From Rebecca billardiae RCC1528 (taxonomy: Eukaryota > Protista > Haptophyta), in the NCBI GenBank assembly GCA_965240325.2, contig OZ251225.1, forward strand, positions 1,054,001-1,118,000: a stretch of 64,000 nt of DNA. Reading direction: 5' to 3'. Position 1 is the first letter of the stretch. The number at the start of each line of letters is the position of its first letter. The notes below the pieces were generated by a model, which saw only the letters and a program-made list of their open reading frames with translations, did not search any database and was not told the origin of the DNA. Position numbers and translations under genes: made by a program. Shown one piece after another: positions 22,910-34,771 of the stretch.

Positions 22910-25900
22910 CGCGCACGATGTCGAGCCAGTCGTCGTCGTCGTCGTCATCGAGCGCGGGCGCCTTTGAGTTCTCCCACTCGGCCCACGTCCAGTGCTGCTG
23001 CAGCGGCTGCTCGCGCGGCTGTGCGGGCGCGCCCTCGTCCAAGATGGCGACGGGCACCGCGCGCGCTGGCCCCTCCGCGTCCTGAGCGCGGTGCGCCGCG
23101 CAGCGCGAGCGGGGGACAGCGCGCGCGCCGAGCGCCGCGTGAGCCGACGCGGGGACGGCGCGCTCTGGGCGCACGCTCGGCACGAGGCGGTGCCAACACC
23201 CGCCACGCCGCACGCCATCGCGCACCGTGCGCGCGCGGCCTGCTCGCGCCGCGCGCGCGCACCGCGCCCTCCGGGATCGTGTCGATCCGTCCCGCGTGTT
23301 CGTACGCGTCGTCATACAGGTCCTCGTCGTCCTCCGAGCCCGAGCCATCGGAGGCGGTGCCGGAGACGGCGAGCTGCGGCCTGGACGGGGCGCGGCGCCC
23401 TTTGCGCGACGCCTTGGAGCTCGGCTGCTTCCGCACCGGCAGGCCTGGCTTACGCGGCTGCGCGGCGGGCGCGCGGGCCGGCCAAGCGAGGGCGAGCAAA
23501 GCAAGCGCGCGTGCGGGGAGCGCAGGGGTGAAGGGGTGGGCGGCCGCGCGGACGCGGGGCGGTGGGCCGCGCCGACGACGCGGCGGAGTGCGCGCGGCGC
23601 GCGGCGAGGCGGACGCACCCGCTCCGACGTGCGCAACTCGTCCGAGCCGAACGAGCCGTCGTCCTCGGACGCGCGCGAGGACGGCTTGGAGCGACGGAGC
23701 GAGCGCGCGCCGACGGACGAGGCGCGCCGCTTGCCGACAGGCTCGACGTTGCGCGGAGCGCCGCTGGCGGATGCCGGCCTGCGCGGTAGGCTGGGCGGCT
23801 CGAGCGATCGCGCGAGGAGCAGCTCGAACGACTTGGTGCGCCGCAGGCCGGTCTTCCTGGTGAGCTGCGCCGGCGTCGGGCGCAGCACGCGCCGCCCCGG
23901 CGCGATGCGCACGTGCGCGATGGACGGCCGCCCCCGGGGCTCCGCATGCGCGCCGACTGCGACCGCGCTGCCGCGGAGGCTGAGCTCCTTGGCAGTGCCG
24001 GCGGTCGCGCCCTTGGGCGGCTTGCCCGGGCCCTGCGTGAGCCCGCGCAGCTGGCCCTTGGCGCGCGAGCCCGTCCGCCCGTCCTTCCGCCCGGGCGCGC
24101 CCCGCCCGCCATTCACCGCGCCGCTGCCCGCGCTTGCCGCCAGCCGCCTGAGCAACGTCTCGCCATCCTCCTCCTCCTCCGCAATCGGCTCGGGCGCGGG
24201 CGCGTCCTCGGAGGTGGGCAGTCCGTGCAGCTTCTCCGCGTCGGCGAGGGAGCGGCGGAGGCGCGTGGAGCCGCGGCTGATGCGCTCCTCGCGCGCGGCC
24301 AGCTCCTCCGCCGTCAGCGGCTTCGCCGGGCCCGGCTGCGCCGCGGCGGCCGCCTGCTCGCGCTGACGGCCCGCGCTCTTCACCCGAGAGTCGCGGTCGG
24401 GCGAAGTGCGCCGCTTCGCAGCCGCCTTGCCGCGCGCTGGCTTGGCCGGCTGTGCGGGCGCCGTCTTGGGCGGAGGGCGCTTGGGCGCGGAGAGTGGGGT
24501 GCGGCCGCGGGGCGCAGCCCGCGCGCTCAGCGCGCCGCTCGGCGGCGGCGGCACGGCGCGTGCAGGCGCAGTCTTTGGCGGCTCAGCAAGCTGAGACCGC
24601 GTGCCCGGCGCGGCCGGGGCGGGCGTGGGCTCAAGCGCTGGCGGCACCGCCACCCCCGTTCCCACCGCGATAGCGACCGCCGGCGTCGTCGGCTCGGGCT
24701 CAGGCCTGTCCTCCGCCGCGGCCACACCGTCCGCCGCCGACTCGGCGGGCGCCGCCGCATCCTCCGCCAGCGCCCCCGCCTCAGGCTCCATCGCCGCATC
24801 ATCCGCGCGCGCCGAGCTGCCTGCGGGAGGCGGCGGCTCCGTCGACGACACGAGCGTAGACGGCTCGCCACTCAGCGTGCCCGAGCTCACGGCCCAGCCG
24901 GACGGCGTGCGCGAGCTCGTGCTGCGCTGTGCCTCCGGGCCCGCGTCCATCCCACTCTCCTGCGCCTCGACCGCGCTCCCGCTGCCGCGTGAGCGCGGGC
25001 GGCGCTGCACGCGCCACGGTCGCTCCGCGTCGCGGCTGGCCGGCCGCGAGCACGCGCCGGCTGAGCCGCGGGAGCCGGGGCGCACGGCGGCCGAGGCGGC
25101 GTTGTCGGCGCCGTCGGGGCCATCGGCCTCGGCGGCCGCCGCGCCCTCCGCGCGCTGCTGATCCCGGATCGGCTGCAGCAGCACTTCCGCCTCGGCCGCG
25201 TGCCCCGGGCCGAGCATGTCGCTCAGCACCGCGGCAATGGCTTTCTGCCGAGCGCCTTCAAACCCGTAGAGCAGGACGGAGAACATGACCTGCTGCCCGG
25301 TGGACTGCGGGGCGACCCAGTCGCCGTTGAAGAGGGAGACGCGCTGGATCGCCGCGCCGAGCGTGCGCGAGTCCGCGCCCGGCGCGCTCGCCCCCGCGAT
25401 GATCCCCTCGGTGAACTTACTCAGCCGACGCACGGGCAGCGCCGCCATCGCCTCGCGCATGTCGTCGTCCTCGTCGCGCCGGAGGCTGTCCTCGTCCTGC
25501 GCGGAGGGCGGCGGCAGCGAGTGCGGCGCGAGCTGCGCGGCGCCGGGCTGCTGCGGCCGCGTGCTCGGCTCGGCCGCCTCCTCGCCCTCGCCCTCCTCGA
25601 CCACGCGCAGCGCGGGTATGCCCACGGACGCGGGCGGCGGCAGCAGGCTGGCCTCCTCGTGCGCACCCGCCGCGGCGGCCTCGGCCGCGCCGCCGCGCGC
25701 GGCGCGCGCGCCCGCCGGGCGGTGCGACGGACGTGCCATCGCGGCGGCGGCGCGTTGTGGGGTGCCGAGCGCTCTTGCCGCCCCGCCCGCGCCCGCTGCG
25801 CCGCCCGCCGGGCCCGCCGGCTGCAGCCGCGACCGATCGGCAACAGCGGCCAGAGCCGCGGCCGCATGCGCGGCGGTCGGCGGCACCACCTCGCCCACAG

Positions 25901-28900
25901 CGGCCGCGACCGCCGCCCCGGCGACGTCGACCGCCGCGGCCGGTTGGCCGAGCGCTCGGCTCGCCGCGCCGCCGCGCCCCGACCCCGCCGCCTCCTCGTC
26001 CGGGCTGGCCACCACGATCGCCGTGCCCGAGGCATGCAGCATCCCGCGCGGTGGCGTGGTCGGCCGAGGCGCCGACGCAGTCCGCGCAGGTGGGGTCGCG
26101 GCCGCGCCGCCCGCCGCGCGCGGGCCGCTCGTCGGCTTGGGCCGCTGCTCGGCGTCGGGCTTGCGTGTCGAGCCCGCACGAGCCGTCTTGGGTGCCGCCG
26201 CGCTCGCGCCCTTGCCCACGCGACGCTCGCCGCGCGGCGCCTCGCGCACGGCGCCCCCAGCCGAGGCGACCGCGCTCTGCGCTTGGGCGCCACGTGAGGC
26301 GGCACTCGGCTCAGCCGCGCCGCCGTGCGCAGCTGACGCGGCCGCGGCCTGGCTGGCGGATGGGCACGACGACGGCTGCTCGGCTGCCGCGCCCGGCGTG
26401 GGCCGCGCGCGTGGCTTGCGCATCGAGCCATCGCCATCGCCGGCCGTCGGCTCCGCGCCGCTTCCCTCGTCCGCCGCGGAAGCGGACGGCTGCGCGCCCG
26501 CGGCGGGAGGGGCATCAGGGTCTGCGCTCGGTGCGCAGCGCTCGTCCGCCTCATCCGCCGCCGCGCGCACGGCGAGGGGCGCGCTCGGTGCGAGGCTCTC
26601 GGTGGGCTCCTTGGCGGCCGACGAGGCCGCCCTGGGCGGGGCCGGGCCGTCCCGCTCGTCGGGCCCACCCTCCGAAGTCCACGGCCTGGGCGGCACGGTG
26701 TGGGGGGCGTGGGCACCCCGCGGCGCGCTCACGGCGATGCGCGGGGCGGCCACCTCGTCCGCGGCGGCGCTCAGCCCGCTCGCCGACGACAGCTCGTGCG
26801 CCACTGCATCGGACGCGCCGCCCTCCTCCATGCCGCTCGCACGCTCGCTCCGATCCTCAGCCGGCGCCTCCGCCTCTGCCGCCGCGTGGCGGGCGGGGGC
26901 ATCCTCGGTCGCACCCTCGGCCTCGGCTGGCGCAGAGGAGGCAAACGATGACGAGCGCTCGAGCGCGGCCGGCGCCCGCGCTAGCTCGTCATCCGGCTCG
27001 GCGTGCGCGGGCGCGTTGTCGGCGGGCGACGCCTCGTGCGCCTCGCCAGTCGGCGACATGGCTGGCGCCTCGTCCGCGGCGCTCCCAGGCGCGGCCGCCG
27101 CAGCGACGTCCGCAGCCGGGGCCAAGGCGGTGGCGGCGGTGAGCGCGGCAGGCGAGACAGCCCCGCTCCCGCCGAGCAGGCGCGGCGGCGGGGGCTGCAC
27201 CTCGCCAACGACGAGCGGGTACTGCTCCTGAGGCCCGAGGTCAAGCTCGATCGTCGCGAGCTGGTACGGCGGCCCCGGCCCCGCCCACAAGCCGCGCGCC
27301 TCCGCCTCACGCCGCGCGGCCGCCGCGGCCGCCTCGCGCCGCGCGAGGAACACCTCGACAGGGCTTGGGTGGATGGCCCGGCTCGCCGCCTCGAGGGAGA
27401 AGGCGTGCTCCGGGAAGCGGAGGTCGACGATCGTCTTCGCCGGCGGCGCCGACGAGCTCTGCAGCGACACCGCCGTGTGCGGCCGCCGCGCCACCGAGCC
27501 GTCCAGCACCGACGACGCCTCAGCCAGCAGGTGCGCCCGCTCGCGCTCAAGCTCGTCCGACCACGCGGACGGCTCAACCGCGAGGCTGGCGGCGGGCTGC
27601 TCGGAGGGCGCGGACTTGGGCGGGCGGAGGGAGAGGTGGTCGCTCACCTCCGCCACCTCGTCGTCGAGGTAGCTCGGGTTGGAGAGCGTGCGGCTCGCCT
27701 CGGCCGAGAGCGCGCCGCCGCTCGAGCCGGCCGCGCTCGCCAGTACGCGCGGCGGCGAGGGCGAGCGGCGCGCGGGGCGCGGGCCCTCGCTCGTCGCCGC
27801 GCGTCGCTCGGCCGGCATGCGCTCCCACATGCGCGGGTGGCCGTGGCCCGCCATCGTCGCGACGCGTATGCTCTCGTAGTGCCGCTCCATCAGCGCCGCG
27901 TTGTACTCGAGCGCGTCGATCCCGTCCGCCCCCTCCGCCTCGTCAGCCAGCAAGAGCCCAGCGCTGCCTTCGGGCTCGCTGCTCTGCTCGTCCTCAGAGA
28001 CGCCTTCAGAGACCTCGTGCTGCGCGCCCTCTGCCGAGGTGGCCTCTGAGGCCGAGGGCGCGTCCGGGCCCCGCGGCGGCGCGTCGGGGCGGGCGGGCAG
28101 GTCGGGTATCCGCTCCTGCTCCCCGAGCAGCTCGTCCAGCGAGACCTCACGATGGCTGATCTCGGGAGGCAGCAGCTCGCCCTCGGGCAGTGCGTCCGCG
28201 CCGCCACCCCGCGGCGCCGCGGTTGCGTCGTCGCCGGCGCCGCGCTCGGCGGCCGAGCCGGTGGGCAGCGGCGGTGCCCCCTCTGCGCCAGAGGCTCCAG
28301 CGGCGTCTGGCGCGCCGAGCACGGCCGGCGCCGAGTCCGGCTCGTGGCCCGCAGGCGCGGCGGCAAGCGCAGCGTCTCCCAGAGCGGCCGCACGTGCCTC
28401 AGCGGCTGCCGCGCCATCTGAGGCGGGCGCGGCGCTCCCCGTCCAGGCCACGGACGGCGGAGGCGCGGCCGACGCGGGCTCAGCGAGCGTGCGGCCGTCC
28501 GACGCGGTCGCACCACCACCCGCACCCGCGCCCGCGCGCCTCGCGTGCACAGGCGACCCCTCGGGCGTCGAGTCGAGCGACGAGGACTCGGAGCCCGCGC
28601 CCGCGCGAGCGTCGACCGCCCTCGTCTCGGCCGCTGCCGCGTGGCTGCGCGTCAGGTCGAGGACGAACTCAGGGAGCTTGTCGAAGCGCGCTGTGCCGAG
28701 CGAGGGGAGCGCGCGCTGCGTGCGGCGGGTCCGCCCCTTCGGCGGCGCCACCACCGGATCGAGCCGCATCGCCGCCGCCTTCACCGCCGTGTGCGGCCGC
28801 AGCGGCCGCTGCTCAGCGCCCGCACCGGCGCTCACGCCCGTGCGCGGGCGCACGGACAGCAGCGCTGCGGAGACGAGCGAGGAGGGGGCGAGCGCACTTA

Positions 28901-31865
28901 CCGCTTGCGCGGGCGCGCCCTCCACGCCGCCCCCCGCCGCGTTCGCGCGCGTGCGCTCGATCATCTCGAGCAGCACGTTGTCGTGGCTGCTCACGACACG
29001 CGGCCCTGACGAGGCGGCGGCCGCGGCGCTTCTGGCCGCGTCCGCGTCCGCGTCCGCGGCCCTCGCCGCCGCGTCCGCGGCGGCCGGCCCCGCCTCGGCG
29101 AGCGCGGGGGCGAGCCACCTGCGCGTCGGGTCGTCGTCGTCCTCGTCGGTCGCGTCCACGTCACTCACGCTGATCTGCGGCCCGGCGCCGCGCTCCGCCG
29201 CCGACGCGAGCGGCGACCCCGCGTGCGCCGCGGCCGCGCGCTCGGCCGCCGGCTGCGCGCGCGCGGAGGACGCGATCGACGCCCGGCTGCTGACGGTGGA
29301 GCGGCGCACGGAGGCGGCGGAGCGGCGTGCGCCGCCGCCCACGCGCGGGAGCGAGAGCGCCGACGTGTCCACCTCCGTCTCCTCCTCCCCGCCCTCCGCC
29401 GCCTCCTCCTCCTGCATCGGCAGCGCCTCCTTCGCCCTCGCCACCTGCTCGCGCGTGATGAGAAGCATCTGGTCTTCGAGCACCGCGATGAAGGAGCACT
29501 CGTCCGACGCAAAGAGCGCCTGGGTGATCGGCTCGTTGAACGCAAACTGCTTGAGCGCGGTGAAGGCGGAGAGGTGCCAGATGAGCACCGAGCCGTCCGC
29601 CGACGCGCTCACGAACCGGTCCGCCGCCACCAGCACCTCGAGCGAGTTGACCCGCTCCGTGTGCGCCTCGGTCGACTTCACCTTGGATGCGATGCGCGAG
29701 ATGAAAAAATTGCTCGCGGCGCCGCCGGCGCGCGCGGCGGCGGCGTCGTCGGAGCGCGGGCGGACGAGGTCGAGCGCGCTGGGGAGGAGCATCCACAGGT
29801 CGATCGTCCCGTCCTCGAAGCCGAGCAGCACGCCGCCGTCGCGGCGCAGCAGCGCGCACGTCACGCCGCGCGCGGCCGCTCGGAACGCCCCGCGCGGCAC
29901 GCACTGCAGGCCGCGCATGTCCCAGAGCCTGATCACGCCGTCTCGCCCGACGGAGATCATCGCGTGCGGCGGCTCGAGCGCGGGCGTGGGCGCCACGTTG
30001 GGCGGCGCGCCGTCCTTCGCGCCACCCGCGCTCTCCGTCGCCTCGACCGCCGCGTCGTCCGCGACGGTGAGCAGGTGGCGCGCCGCGCCGCCCGGCACGC
30101 GCACGCGCTGCACCGCAAACGAGACCAGCTGCACAACCTCTGACGAGTGCGCGGCGAACGTGCGCGAGACGTCGGGCTGCGCCGCGCCCCAGAGCGAGAT
30201 GTGCCCGCGCGCGGAGCCGGTCACCACGCAGAAGTTGCGCAGCGCGCCCAGCTCGGCGCCCGCCGACTCGGCCGCGGCGGCGGTGGCGGCGGCGCTCGCG
30301 GACGGCGGCGGCGGCGGCGGCGGCGAGCCCGCGCCGTCGGGCGCCGCGCCGAGCGAGGCACGGCCGCGCTGCCGCGTGCACACCCAGCCGGGCGGCGCGC
30401 GCACGACGGTGATGGCGGAGATGCTCACGGTCATGTCCGCGTCCACGAGCGTCTGCACCGTCCGCCCGCCGTCGTTCGGGTCGAGGATGTCGATCGTGCC
30501 GTCGTGCCAGCCGAGCAATACAAACCCCATCCTGGGCGAGTGCGTGAAGCAGCTGACGTGAGGCTGCGCCTTGCTCGCGCTCCCGGACGCGTCGACGGCG
30601 ATCGGGGCGGAGGAGCGGAAGGAGGCGGCGAGGGAGTCGTCGGCCGCGCCGCCCAGCCCGCGCGGCACGACCATTGTCGTCATCTGCCCGTTCGACAGCC
30701 GCAGCACCTGCATCGCGTTGTTGGCGCTCAGCGCGTACACGGAGCTCTGCTCGGCGCCGAGCGCGGCGCCGCGGGCCGACGTGCGCGACACCTGCGCGCG
30801 CGTGATGCGGTCGCTGAGCGAGGTGAAGTGGAGGAGCGGCTCCTTGACGCGCAGGACGGAGAGCAGCGCGCCCGACGCCACGAGCAGCACGCCCTCGCCA
30901 CTCCCCTGCGCGCCGCCGCCCGACGCGTCCGCGTAGTAGAGCTGCGAGGGCGGCGGGCACGCGTACGTGGACAGGGACGACGCGATGAACGAGGACGGAA
31001 TGTGCATGTCGAGCTCGACGCCGCGCTCGGCGTTCCACATCTTGACGACGAGGTCGTCGGCGCAGGAGAAGAAGAGCCGCCCCGTCGCGTCGCACACGAG
31101 CGAGCGCAGCTCCTTCGCGTGGCACTGCATCGTCTCGACGAGGATGGGCCGGCCGAGCGAGATCGAGGCGGTGACCGACCACTTCTTGACCGAGCCGTCG
31201 TACGAGGACGTCATCAGGTGCTTGTCGCTCGGGTTGAAGGCGAGGGAGCGGATGCGCGAGGCGTGGAGGTCGGTGAGCCGGAAGAGCTGCGCCCCCGTCT
31301 CCAGGTCCCACACCAGCACCGACGACTCGTGCGCCGCGAGGATCTGGCCGTCGTCCTCGTTGAGCACGACGTGCTTCATCCAGCGGTACTCGCTGCTGAT
31401 CGCGCGCTGCTGCCGGAAGCGGTTGAGGGTCTGCTGCCCGGCAGAGGTGGTGCGGTGGATGAGCTCGATGCGGTAGATCTTGATCGAGCCGTCCCCGCCC
31501 GTCGTGACGAGCCGCTGCCGCGCCTGCGAGAACGCCGCCGCGAGGATCGACACCTGCTCCGTGTTGAGAGACGCGACGAGCACGAGCTCCGGGCTCACGA
31601 TCTGGATCTCGAGGCTCTGCAGGACGAGGATGTACTGGTTCTCGCGCATGTTGTAGAAGGCGTGCTTTGCCGTGACGTCCTTCTTCGGCAGCATCACCTC
31701 CTTGCGGCACGTCACATTGCCCGCGCGGTGCGTCCACACGCGGAGCGTCCGCCCGTCGCACACGAGGATCTCGTCCCGCCGCGGGTTGTACGCGACGCAG
31801 GCGATCACGAGCTGGTTGCGGTTGATCAGGTGGGTCGATGGCTCCAACTTCGTGTCGATGTGCAT
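21899..31865 (-). CDS. Giant WD40-repeat protein with long Ala/Pro-rich disordered C-terminus (~3,145 aa); exons 31865-23619, 23457-23263, 23081-22917, 22729-21899
   Basis: Repeated WD motifs in the first ~810 aa (TGGDGSIKIY, VLVWD, SSYDGSVKKW, SCADDLVVKMWN, VGRDGVIRLWD, SASADGSVLIW). Three phase-0 GT-AG introns join the downstream ORFs. Architecture is reminiscent of WDR87/WDR97. Confidence 0.8.
22872..22908. repeat. (TG)n microsatellite inside intron 3 of the WD40 gene
   Basis: GT run within the predicted intron 22916-22730. Confidence 0.95.
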
Positions 31866-32029
31866 GGCACCCGCCCGCCGCCCCAGGCGCGCGCGTGCCT
31901 CCTACTGTGACCGCACTACCGGGTCGCTGGCCTCAGTCGCGGCCAGCCACCATCGCCCAGCATCAGTCAGCGGACGTGGCCGTAACGATCGATACTAGGA
32001 AAAAAATCCGAAACGCTCGTATGGGGGTA

Positions 32030-32814
32030 CAGGGGTCTCAACAATTAAACGTCACATTCTGACTGAGCTGCACGCCACTGCTCACCCTGCCCCCCTGGGC
32101 TGACCCAGGCGGCCCCCACGGCCCGTGCACGACGGTTTCGACCCAGCGCGTCAGCCCCAGCGCGCGTGGGCTGGAGTTGGGCACACCAGCAGGTCACACG
32201 GCTGCAGGCGTACAGCCTGTCGCAGCTGGCCAGATCCTGCCGCAGGCTTGTCGTCACTGGTCGCGGGCCGTGTGCCCACACAGGCCAGGCCTAAATTGTG
32301 CTTGGCAGTGGATCTGGTACCCCCCAGGGTGGGCTGCATGCCATCTGGGGGGGAGCTCATGGGATGCAGCTGCTGTGGCACAGTGCCCAATCCCGCACCC
32401 CCACCTGCGCAAGGACCTGTCGGGTCAGCTCCCCTGCACTGGGAGGCCAGCAGCAGCACCCGCTGACACACCCCGAGGGTGGCCAGCCACCCGACTTGAG
32501 GGGGCTGGAGTGGGGCTGGTGCAGCCAAGAGCTCTGCAGCCCAGCTGCTGGTGGCTGGCCTGCATGGATTTTCAAGCTGACCACCCACTGCTGCCTGCCG
32601 CACCCCTCGCTGCACCCACCTGGGCTGCTGCACATGCGCACTCTGGATGGCACCACAGCCCAGCATGGACTATGGAGAGCTGGCCAAGCAGCCACCCACT
32701 CGTCAGAATGGCCAGGGAGTGGGCTGTGCTAGACCACATCTAGCCAGGCAATCAAGTGCTCACATGCCTGTCCAGTGGCACAAACAGAGATACAGCTAAT
32801 TGTTGAGACCCCTG
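32030..32814. mobile_element. MITE / non-autonomous Tc1-mariner-type DNA transposon (785 bp)
   Basis: Perfect 18-bp TIR CAGGGGTCTCAACAATTA (32030-32047; 32797-32814) with TA on both sides. No ORF. Confidence 0.9.
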
Positions 32815-33030
32815 TAGAGTGTAGTGTCTGTTTTTTTCGGTCATAGGCTGGCATTTACAGTTTTCTAAGATGATGTTCTGGGGGTAACGACGTGCACACT
32901 TGGTTCAGGCGTGATTGATACGACGCCATCCAACACTGCACAGCAAAGACACAGCCACAAAACAGACCGGCGCAACAGGTGAGTGGCGCGTTGCCGCACC
33001 TCATCGTCGATATTTTTCTGTGGCCGCTCG

Positions 33031-34614
33031 TCAGTCCGCGTGCGAGAGTGCGCGAGCGCCCAGACTGGCCGGCGTGCCCACTCCACCTGGCGGTTGCCTG
33101 CAGGCCTCGGCCGTCGCCGTCTCGTCATGGTACTGCGGAGCGCGCAGCACCTGCCGCCCGACGGCCGGCAGCCGCTTGTGCGTGAACGGGTGCACGTTCG
33201 CGGTCAGCGCCGCGTCGAACTCGCCGTACACGCCCGCCCAGTCCGCGCGCGCGCACGGCCCGGCGGGCAGCACGCGCCGCAGCAGCCCGATGACGCGCGC
33301 GGGCTCGACGCGCGCGGTGTGCATGTCGCTCGGCACGTCGAAGCGCACGCGGCCGGTGCCGTTGGGCCCCCGGCCCGGCACCGCGCCCGGCACGAAGTAG
33401 CTCACGTGCCGCAGCCCGCAGCCGAGCGCGCACAGGCTGCCGTACAGCGCCGAGTCCCCGTACTGCCTCACGAGCGCGCCGTACAGCTCGAGCACGAGCG
33501 CTCGCGCGGGCATGAAGCGGCAGTTCTGCAGGGAGGAGCCCCAGAGCGAGACGAGGAGGTGCGTGCGCGCGAAGAGCGACACCTCGCGCGCGTACGGCAG
33601 CTCGTGCACGTCCGCCGCGACGAACTCGAGCTCCGGGTGCTCGGCCTCCACAAAAGCCCGGAGCGCGCCCTCCAGCTGTGCCTCCGCGCGCACGGTGCGG
33701 CGCGTGGGCAGCCGGCGCGTGCGCACGTACAGCGCGAGGGGCCGGCGCGCGGCCGCGCCCGCCGCGGCGGCCTCGGACGCGAGGGCGTCCGCGGTCACGT
33801 GCCGCCGGAACAGCTCGTGCGCGCTGCGCGGCAGCGCGCGCGGGCCGGGCGCGAAGTCGGCCAGCAGCGTGACGCGGCCGCGCAGCGCGGCCGGCACACC
33901 GCCGAACTGCGTGCACACGCTCTGCACGCACGAGGGCACCCACGGCGCGCGCACGAGCTCGAGGCGCGAGGCGGCGCGGGCGAGCGGGCCGGCGAAGAGC
34001 ACCTCCAGCTCCGCGAACTCGGCCGAGCACCGGCTCGTGCCCGCCGGCACGTACACGCGGATGGTGCGGCGCGGCGCCGGGCGCGCGAGCAGCCGCGGCC
34101 GCACAAGCCGGCAGTACACGCCGAGCGCGTACTCGAAGAAGTGGCCGTATTTGAGCGGCCCGTGGCCGCGCGACCAGAAGCCGATCGCCACGGCGCCGTG
34201 CGGGCCCGCCGCCTCCTCGAGCGCGCTGCCGAGCCGAGCCACCGTGCCGCACGCGCCTTTCGCCTTGCCGAGCGTCGCGCTGGCATCGAGCACGCGCGCG
34301 TACTGGGAGCGCTCGTACACGCCGCGCATCGCTGGGCCGTAGGGCCCCGTCAGGTTGCCAACGACCGCCCACTCGAAGATGTCACGGACGTCGTCCGCCG
34401 ACACGTTCCACGCGCGGCGCTGGTACGCGGCGTGCGCGGCCGACGAGCCCGCGCCCGCCCGCAGCCGATCCACGCGCTCGCACGCCGCCCCCCCGCCCGT
34501 CGACGCGGCCGACGCGCGACAGACCCAGACGACGATGAACCAGATCACACATGGCCTCCCATCGGTGGCAGAACCGCGTCGTGCAGCTGCGCACGCTTGG
34601 AGTGTGTGCGGCAT
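33031..34614 (-). CDS. Glycosyltransferase family 61 (DUF563), type II membrane protein (~527 aa)
   Basis: N-terminal hydrophobic VIWFIVVWV, KYGHFFEY, LYVRTRR..RRTVRAEAQL, ELPYAREVSLFARTHLLVSLWGSSLQNCRFMP..LVLEL. Confidence 0.8.
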   Translation of the reverse strand: MPHTLQACAAARRGSATDGRPCVIWFIVVWVCRASAASTGGGAACERVDRLRAGAGSSAAHAAYQRRAWNVSADDVRDIFEWAVVGNLTGPYGPAMRGVYERSQYARVLDASATLGKAKGACGTVARLGSALEEAAGPHGAVAIGFWSRGHGPLKYGHFFEYALGVYCRLVRPRLLARPAPRRTIRVYVPAGTSRCSAEFAELEVLFAGPLARAASRLELVRAPWVPSCVQSVCTQFGGVPAALRGRVTLLADFAPGPRALPRSAHELFRRHVTADALASEAAAAGAAARRPLALYVRTRRLPTRRTVRAEAQLEGALRAFVEAEHPELEFVAADVHELPYAREVSLFARTHLLVSLWGSSLQNCRFMPARALVLELYGALVRQYGDSALYGSLCALGCGLRHVSYFVPGAVPGRGPNGTGRVRFDVPSDMHTARVEPARVIGLLRRVLPAGPCARADWAGVYGEFDAALTANVHPFTHKRLPAVGRQVLRAPQYHDETATAEACRQPPGGVGTPASLGARALSHAD

Positions 34615-34771
34615 ACCGTTCCGGTCATCGATCGAACGGGGCAGCCGGCGCTGCCATGCTGCCCAAAATAATCCGGAAGACAAAAGCTGGCGAGCAAGCC
34701 GGTAGTCCGGATCCTGCCGGTGGAACGCGGCCTGGGCGGTGGCAGGATCCCCCACGGCCAGGCCCAAGGCC

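Noticed and set aside
27901-30561. Long antisense and alternative-frame ORFs (e.g. 886 aa at 27901, 866 aa at 29161, 648 aa at 25285, 522 aa at 56800)
   Set aside because: Shadows of real genes in very GC-rich DNA where stops are rare. They are Arg/Ala/Pro/Ser-rich with no motifs.
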